Assembly: GCA_943367595.1 (NCBI GenBank) | Contig: CALRJS020000011.1 | Span: forward strand, 19,274 to 83,273 | Origin: Sphingobacterium thalpophilum | Lineage (GTDB): Bacteria > Cyanobacteriota > Cyanobacteriia > PCC-6307 > Cyanobiaceae | Direction of reading: 5' to 3' | DNA length: 64,000 nucleotides | Shown: piece after piece, positions 58,876 through 64,000 of the stretch | How positions within the stretch are numbered: position 1 is the first letter of the stretch | Layout: every line of letters starts with the position of its first letter | Notes under the pieces: model-generated | The model's input: only the letters and a program-made list of their open reading frames with translations | What the model was told of the DNA's origin: nothing | Databases searched by the model: none | Made by a program: the position numbers and the translations under genes

Positions 58876-59589
58876 TCAGGCGAGCAGCAGGGCGCCCAGC
58901 AGCAGCAGGATCAGGGCCGGCAGGCTCTGGAGCTGTTCGCCAGCCAGCGGCAGCCCGAGCGGCAGGGCCGGATCAACGAGCTGGGCGAGCACGCCGCCCA
59001 TCAGCAGGCCGAGGCCCAGCAGGGCGAAGCTCCAGCCCACCGCCGCCAGGAAACGACCATGGCGCCGCTGCAGGTTCACCACCGTGAGCAGGGTGGAGAG
59101 GGCAAGCAGCACCGTGTCGGAAGACGGGGGGGATACCAGGAGCAGCAGCAGGACCACCCCCTGACCGGCCAGAGGCACCCAACGCTCACGGCCCTCGGCC
59201 ATGGCCAGGCGGGGCAGCGAGAACTTCGGCCGGGTGAGTTTGCCACCAGAGAGCTGGGGAAGGGAAGGCATGGCCGGAAGGGCAGGCCGGGAGGGGGCCC
59301 GGGCGATCACGGCGGGCTTCACCTCTTCCCGTTTCGAGGCACTGAGGGCGGCACTGCTGACCCGGCCCTGTTGCCGCTCCCGCAGCCGTTCCATCAGCAC
59401 GGCGTCGTAGGCGGCTTCCACGCGGGCCCGGGCTTGGGGGTCGTCTCCCACGGCATCAAGGCACTGCTGGCGGGCTCCCTGCACCTCGTCGAAGCTGGCA
59501 TCAGAAGCGATGCCGAGACGCTCGTAAGGGCTGGAACCATCGCTGGGGCCACCGGTCGCGCCGGGAGGCAGGGCAGAACCGTTGGTCAT
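58876..59589 (-). CDS. CPP1-like (J-like domain plus multi-TM) family protein
   Basis: Start ATG 59589. J-like SPYERLGIASDASFDEVQGARQQCL...AYDAVLMERL, then three to four hydrophobic helices. The architecture is that of plant CPP1/CDF1 homologs. Confidence 0.75.
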   Translation of the reverse strand: MTNGSALPPGATGGPSDGSSPYERLGIASDASFDEVQGARQQCLDAVGDDPQARARVEAAYDAVLMERLRERQQGRVSSAALSASKREEVKPAVIARAPSRPALPAMPSLPQLSGGKLTRPKFSLPRLAMAEGRERWVPLAGQGVVLLLLLVSPPSSDTVLLALSTLLTVVNLQRRHGRFLAAVGWSFALLGLGLLMGGVLAQLVDPALPLGLPLAGEQLQSLPALILLLLGALLLA

Positions 59590-59676
59590 GGCCTCCGGTG
59601 CGGTGAGCAGGGTCGTGGTAAGAGCGTATCGAGGCGCGCCCCGACCGGAGGCTTCCGCTGCCACCGAACCAGTGGT

Positions 59677-59901
59677 TCAGAACAAAGGTTCGCTGGAGCG
59701 GAAACCGCCTTCCTGCTGAAGATGCCGGCGGCAGGCTTCCGCCTCATTGAGCGGCAACCACTGGCGCCGCTTCAATAAAGGCATCTGGGGCGGGAGGTGG
59801 CTGCCTTCGCGCACCTCGACGGCTTCCTGGCTGGGGAGGAAGCGCACGTAGTCGGAGCCTCCGTCGTGGCGGGGGCGAACCAGCCAGAAGGGCTCGGCCA
59901 T
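59677..59901 (-). CDS. Small hypothetical protein (74 aa)
   Basis: MAEPFWLVRPRHDGGSDYVRFLPSQEAVEVREG...RRQWLPLNEAEACRRHLQQEGGF. Coding-like bias. No motif recognised. Confidence 0.5.
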   Translation of the reverse strand: MAEPFWLVRPRHDGGSDYVRFLPSQEAVEVREGSHLPPQMPLLKRRQWLPLNEAEACRRHLQQEGGFRSSEPLF

Positions 59902-59973
59902 GGCTGTGATCTTTCGTTGCAAAGATTCTGGCGGGCCGGGGGCAGCGCCGTGGGCAGACGCATCAGCAAATGC

Positions 59974-61632
59974 TCAGAGGGCGATCGGCTCCACGCCGCT
60001 CACCACCGGAGCCACAGCGCTGAGCTCGAAGGCGGGGTGGTCTTCCCGCAGCTGGTTGAGGTTCCACTCGTTCTTGAACAGCAACACCGGCCGGTCCCAG
60101 GCATCGCGCACGGTTTTGCAGTTGAAGATGCGCCCCACCGCCTCCAGCGCCGCCCAGCCGCCCACCACCCAGCGGGCCACGCTGAAGCCGAGGGGCTCGA
60201 GGCGCGTTTCCACCCCGTATTCGTTCTGAAGCCGGTATTGCACCACCTCCATCTGCAGCTGGCCCACGGCCGCCAGGATCGGGTCGCGCTTGCTGGCATC
60301 GGTGGCATAGAGGATCTGCACGGCTCCCTCCTCCCGCAGCTCGTTCACCCCTTTGCGGAAGCTCTTGAACGCCGACGGGTTGGGGTTGCGCAGCCAGGCG
60401 AACAGTTCAGGGCTGAAGCAGGGAATGCCTTCGTACTCCACCTTGCTGCCGGCATAAAGGGTGTCGCCGATGGCAAACATGCCGGGATTGTTCAGGCCGA
60501 TCACATCACCGGGATAGGCGTCCTCCACCACCTCACGGTCCTGGCCGAACAGCTTCTGGGGACGAGAGAGGCGGATGGTGCGGCCGCTGCGGGCATGCCG
60601 CACGCTCATGTCCTTCTCGAAGTGGCCGCTGCAGACCCGCACGAAGGCAATGCGGTCGCGGTGGCGCGGATCCATGTTGGCCTGCAACTTGAAGACGAAA
60701 CCACTGAACTCCGGCCGCAGCGGATCCACCGGGCCGTCGCTGCTCAGCCGCGCCACCGGCCGCTGGGCCAGCTCCAGGAAGGCATCCAGGAAGGGACGCA
60801 CGCCGAAGTTGGTCATCGCTGAACCGAAGAACACCGGGCTCAGTTCGCCGGCATGCACCAGCTCCAGATCGAGCTCGGCGCCGGCGCCATCGAGCAGCTC
60901 CAGTTCCTCCAGCGCCGCCGCCAGCAGTTCCGGTTCCACCAGCTGAGCCAGCTCAGGGCTGCCGGCCGCCAGGCGCTTCTCCGCTGATTGCCGACCCCGC
61001 TCCGCCCGCTCAAACAGGATCACGTCCTTGCTGCGGCGATCGATCACGCCGCGGAAGCGATCACCACTGCCAATCGGCCAGTTCACCGGCCAGCAGGTGA
61101 GGCCCAGCTCACTTTCAATCTCATCGATCAGCTCGAGCGGCTCACGGCCCGGCCGGTCCATCTTGTTGATGAAGGTGAAGATCGGCACCTTGCGCAGCCG
61201 GCAGACCTCGAACAACTTGCGGGTCTGAGGTTCAAGGCCCTTGGCGGCGTCTTCCAGCATCACCGCGTTGTCGGCGGCAGCCAGGGTGCGGTAGGTGTCT
61301 TCTGAGAAATCCTGGTGGCCTGGCGTGTCGAGCAGGTTCACCGTGCTGCCGGCGTAGTCGAACTGCAGCACGGTGGAGGTGATCGAGATGCCGCGCTGTT
61401 TCTCGATCTCCATCCAGTCGGAGGTGACCTTGCGTTGCTCCCCCTTGGCCTTGACTGCACCGGCCTGCTGGATCGCCCCCCCGTAGAGCAGCAGCTTCTC
61501 GGTGAGGGTGGTCTTGCCCGCGTCCGGGTGAGAAATGATCGCGAAGTTGCGCCGCTTCGCCACCGCTTCAGCCAGGGCAACCCCGGCCATGTCGTCGCTG
61601 GGGGAAACGGGGGTGGGGGAGGCGCTGGTCAT
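59974..61632 (-). CDS. prfC: Peptide chain release factor 3
   Basis: [42 protein letters not shown], and the EF-G-like domains. 552 aa. Confidence 0.95.
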   Translation of the reverse strand: MTSASPTPVSPSDDMAGVALAEAVAKRRNFAIISHPDAGKTTLTEKLLLYGGAIQQAGAVKAKGEQRKVTSDWMEIEKQRGISITSTVLQFDYAGSTVNLLDTPGHQDFSEDTYRTLAAADNAVMLEDAAKGLEPQTRKLFEVCRLRKVPIFTFINKMDRPGREPLELIDEIESELGLTCWPVNWPIGSGDRFRGVIDRRSKDVILFERAERGRQSAEKRLAAGSPELAQLVEPELLAAALEELELLDGAGAELDLELVHAGELSPVFFGSAMTNFGVRPFLDAFLELAQRPVARLSSDGPVDPLRPEFSGFVFKLQANMDPRHRDRIAFVRVCSGHFEKDMSVRHARSGRTIRLSRPQKLFGQDREVVEDAYPGDVIGLNNPGMFAIGDTLYAGSKVEYEGIPCFSPELFAWLRNPNPSAFKSFRKGVNELREEGAVQILYATDASKRDPILAAVGQLQMEVVQYRLQNEYGVETRLEPLGFSVARWVVGGWAALEAVGRIFNCKTVRDAWDRPVLLFKNEWNLNQLREDHPAFELSAVAPVVSGVEPIAL

Positions 61633-61636
61633 GACC

Positions 61637-62452
61637 TCAGCCTGCCAGGCCGAGGCGGCTGTCCGGCCGACAGAGGCTGCGCAGCAGGTGGGCGCCGAGG
61701 GCCAGATCCTGCTGATGGCTGAAGGCCTCCAGTTCCAGCTGGCGCACCTGGGGGGGGATGCGGGCGTAGAGGGGCTGGGCGAGCAGTTCCCGCGCCTCTG
61801 CCGACAGGCGCACCGGCAGGCCCAGGGGGGTGGGCGGCCGCCTCAGGCCGCCGGCCCGGCAGCTCTGGGCCACATGGATGGCCTCGTGGTTGAGCACGGC
61901 GGCGAAATCGAGGGTGCCGCGGTCGGGCACATCCGGCCGGATCCGGATCACCGCCTCGTGGGGCACCCACTCGCCGGCCGCCGCCGCCACCCGCGGGGTG
62001 GTCAGCTCCACCCGCACGCCCAGGCCCCACAGCTGGGCGAGCAGGGAAGCGATAGCGGCACGCTCGGCGGTGTAGCGGGGCGGATTGCGCAGCAGATCCT
62101 GGATCTGGGCCATGGTGAGATCCCGGTCACCTCGGCGCTGCCGGTACACATAACGGATGCGGCCATCAGGCAACCGTTGCGGGCGGGGCAACCAGGCCTG
62201 ATCACCAGCATCGAGCCGGGCGAACAACAGCGCGTCCCAGGTGGGCCGGATCGGACCGACGCTGGCCGGAGGCGCCTGCAACCAGGCGGGGGGGCGCAGG
62301 GCCTGTGCCACCACCGGCGCGCTCGCCAATGGCAGCAGGCTCATGGCGGCCGCCGCGATGGCAAGAACAGCCGCGGTGGCGGCGCCGGTGGCTGGGGCCA
62401 GCGCCAGGGCAGGCCTCCAGGGCCGACGCCATCGGCAGGCGTGGGGCGGCAC
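61637..62452 (-). CDS. Uncharacterised HExxH protein, putative exported zinc metallopeptidase (paralog B)
   Basis: 271 aa. [16 protein letters not shown]...[15 protein letters not shown]...[17 protein letters not shown]...[12 protein letters not shown]. Collinear with 42335-43162 (roughly 40% identity by eye over about 190 aa). Confidence 0.7.
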   Translation of the reverse strand: MPPHACRWRRPWRPALALAPATGAATAAVLAIAAAAMSLLPLASAPVVAQALRPPAWLQAPPASVGPIRPTWDALLFARLDAGDQAWLPRPQRLPDGRIRYVYRQRRGDRDLTMAQIQDLLRNPPRYTAERAAIASLLAQLWGLGVRVELTTPRVAAAAGEWVPHEAVIRIRPDVPDRGTLDFAAVLNHEAIHVAQSCRAGGLRRPPTPLGLPVRLSAEARELLAQPLYARIPPQVRQLELEAFSHQQDLALGAHLLRSLCRPDSRLGLAG

Positions 62453-62515
62453 GGAGAGAGGTGCAGCAACGATGGAGCCCCTTTGGTTTAGCGGCAGCCG
62501 GTGGCTCCGCGCCGT

Positions 62516-63187
62516 TCAGGCCAATCGTCCCCAGACCTCCAGGTAGCGGTCGTCGAGCTCCCGCACCGCCAACCCCCCGATCCCCGCCTGCTGGAGTTGC
62601 GCCTCCACCTCCACGCGGCGAAAGGCCGCCCGCAGCGACTGGGCGTAATCGCGCCGCAATACGGGCGGAGCCCCGGCGGCATGGCGCTGCACAAGCTCTT
62701 CCAGGGCTGCTGAATCCGGCGGACGGCGCAGATCCTTGACGCAGATGGCTGCTCCGGGGGCCGCCAGCCGGCGCACCGCCTGCCAGAGCACCAGCGGATC
62801 GTGCAGATGGTGCAGGAGGCTGTTGCTGATCACCGCCGTCCAGCAGCCCTCCTCGGGCAGGGCGCCCCCCGGCGTCAGCAGCAGGTGTTGAAAGCTCAGC
62901 CCTGGCCAGCGGTCCGGCGTGGCCTGCAGGCGGGCGGCGGCGATCGCCAGCATGGCCGGGGCGCCATCGAGGCCCAGCACCCGGGCCGTGGGATGGCGCT
63001 CGGCCAGCAGGAAGCTGATGTTGCCGGGTCCGCAACCCAGATCGATGATCCGCGGCCCGAGTTGTGGCCCGAACAGGTCCTCGGTGCGCCTCAGCAGGGC
63101 GCGGTCACTGGCAGCGAAGTCAGCGTCGGCATAGGCGCGCGCCTGCTCGGCGTCGTCCATCAGCTCGGGCTCGCAGATCCGCTCCAT
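62516..63187 (-). CDS. Class I SAM-dependent methyltransferase
   Basis: Start ATG 63187 (MERICEPELMDD...). Motif I IIDLGCGPGN, followed by VLGLDGAPAML. Confidence 0.85.
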   Translation of the reverse strand: MERICEPELMDDAEQARAYADADFAASDRALLRRTEDLFGPQLGPRIIDLGCGPGNISFLLAERHPTARVLGLDGAPAMLAIAAARLQATPDRWPGLSFQHLLLTPGGALPEEGCWTAVISNSLLHHLHDPLVLWQAVRRLAAPGAAICVKDLRRPPDSAALEELVQRHAAGAPPVLRRDYAQSLRAAFRRVEVEAQLQQAGIGGLAVRELDDRYLEVWGRLA

Positions 63188-63325
63188 GGCCACCACCGCA
63201 GCACCGCCAGCCTGGCGCAGTGGTGGCGCAGGCTTGGCGGCCCGGCAGCTGGCACTGGTGGGGCGGTCAGCCGCTGGGTCTGCCGCCGGCAAGCGGCACA
63301 GACACTGCCGCTGGTGCAGGGTGAA

Positions 63326-63359
63326 CCTTGCGCACCCCACAGGTGGGGTTAAGGTTTTT
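63326..63359 (+). terminator. Terminator-like hairpin plus T5 in the nrdJ leader (possible attenuator)
   Basis: CCTT-gcgc-ACCCCA-cagg-TGGGGT-t-AAGG followed by TTTTT (63355-63359). It ends 25 nt before the nrdJ GTG. Its 5' arm overlaps the 3' arm of an alternative hairpin GGTGC...GCACC (63313-63336). Confidence 0.35.
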
Positions 63360-63384
63360 GCACGCGCCCGCTGCCCCTGTTTCT

Positions 63385-64000
63385 GTGACCCTCTCCGCCA
63401 CGCCTGCCACTGCAGCCGAGCTCTCCCGGCTGGCCGGCCTGCCCGATGCCGCCGCTGCGGATTTCCCCCTCACGGCGCCGGCGGCGAACCCGGTCTTCTA
63501 CCGCACCTACAGCCGCAAAACTCCGAACGGGCGTGAGAGCTGGCTGGAGGTAAGCGAGCGCAACCTTGACGGCCTGCGCAAACTCGGCAACCTCAACACC
63601 GAGGAAGTGGACCTGCTGCGCCGCATGCAGAAGCGACAGAAGGCACTGCCCTCAGGGCGTTGGCTGTGGATCGGCGGCACCGACTGGATCGAGCAGCCCC
63701 AGAACTTCTCCGGCGCCTACAACTGCACCTCCACCAACCTGATCGACTGGGAAGCCTTCGGTCTGATGATGGATCTGGCGATGATGGGCTGTGGCACGGG
63801 CGCCATCATCGAGCCGCGGTTGATCGAGCACTTGCCTGCGGTGCGCAACCGCCTGCGGATCACCTCCGTCACCGACATCGGCGCCACTCCCGCCGGCCAG
63901 CGCCAGGAGCACACCACCCACACGATCACGGGCCACGAGGTGGCGATCAAGGTGGGCGACACCCGCCGCGGCTGGGTCGACAGCTACCAGCTGCTGCTGG
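63385..64000 (+). CDS. nrdJ: Class II (adenosylcobalamin-dependent) ribonucleotide reductase, N-terminal part (continues past the right edge)
   Basis: My own translation reads VTLSATPATAAELSRLAGL...FPLTAPAANPVFYRTYSRKTPNGRESWLEV...LPSGRWLWIGGTDWIEQPQNFSGAYNCTSTNLIDWEAFGLMMDLAMMGCGTGAIIEP. This matches my recollection of picocyanobacterial NrdJ. The start could also be TTG 63358 or GTG 63343. Confidence 0.85.
   Translation, partial: MTLSATPATAAELSRLAGLPDAAAADFPLTAPAANPVFYRTYSRKTPNGRESWLEVSERNLDGLRKLGNLNTEEVDLLRRMQKRQKALPSGRWLWIGGTDWIEQPQNFSGAYNCTSTNLIDWEAFGLMMDLAMMGCGTGAIIEPRLIEHLPAVRNRLRITSVTDIGATPAGQRQEHTTHTITGHEVAIKVGDTRRGWVDSYQLLL

Noticed and set aside
63188-63384. Cobalamin riboswitch or NrdR boxes upstream of nrdJ
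   Set aside because: I could not find the B12-box (GCCACTG-type core with flanking AGGGAA / GGTG..AA..CC elements) in the leader. The only GCCACTG lies inside the CDS. No AT-rich palindromic NrdR-box pair is present. The structure is reported only as a generic attenuator-like candidate.

Overview
High-GC chromosomal segment (roughly two-thirds G+C by eye). Gene content and order are typical of alpha-cyanobacteria of the Cyanobium / Synechococcus picocyanobacterial lineage: petG, chlI, crtL, a Ctp protease, a CAAD/CurT-like protein, a CPP1-like protein, class II RNR, and a Yfr1 sRNA between guaB3 and trxA. I support about 60 protein-coding genes. They are tightly packed, with eight 4-nt ATGA/GTGA stop/start overlaps. 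Most are housekeeping: wecB, ychF, hom, sufE, ruvC, hisH, trxA, gyrA, leuA, mfd, ispG, prfC, hslO, rsmD, rsmE and a partial nrdJ. I found no rRNA, tRNA, CRISPR array, transposase, integrase or recognisable defence or toxin genes. Many ORF-track entries are long antisense or over-extended ORFs, as expected at this GC content, and I trimmed or rejected them. The things worth a second look are mostly non-coding or architectural:
- a Yfr1-type sRNA that the ORF track cannot show;
- an AT-rich convergent spacer with a CCCCGTAAAC-type core phased at exactly 28 bp, next to an A9G7 run;
- short tandem repeats carrying TGA in rotating frames, placed directly after several stop codons;
- a lower-GC patch with a 16-bp GCAGGAG repeat array upstream of a PEP-CTERM-like secreted protein;
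- two diverged paralogs of an uncharacterised HExxH protein;
- a translationally coupled string cytochrome c - trmJ - beta-lactamase-like - DUF3370 - chlI;
- in-frame repeat insertions inside two RNA methyltransferases;
- crtL, whose FAD-binding motif lies upstream of any canonical start codon;
- a terminator-like switch structure just upstream of nrdJ.
I did not find a clear multi-gene novel system. All homology statements come from motif recognition by eye, not database searches.
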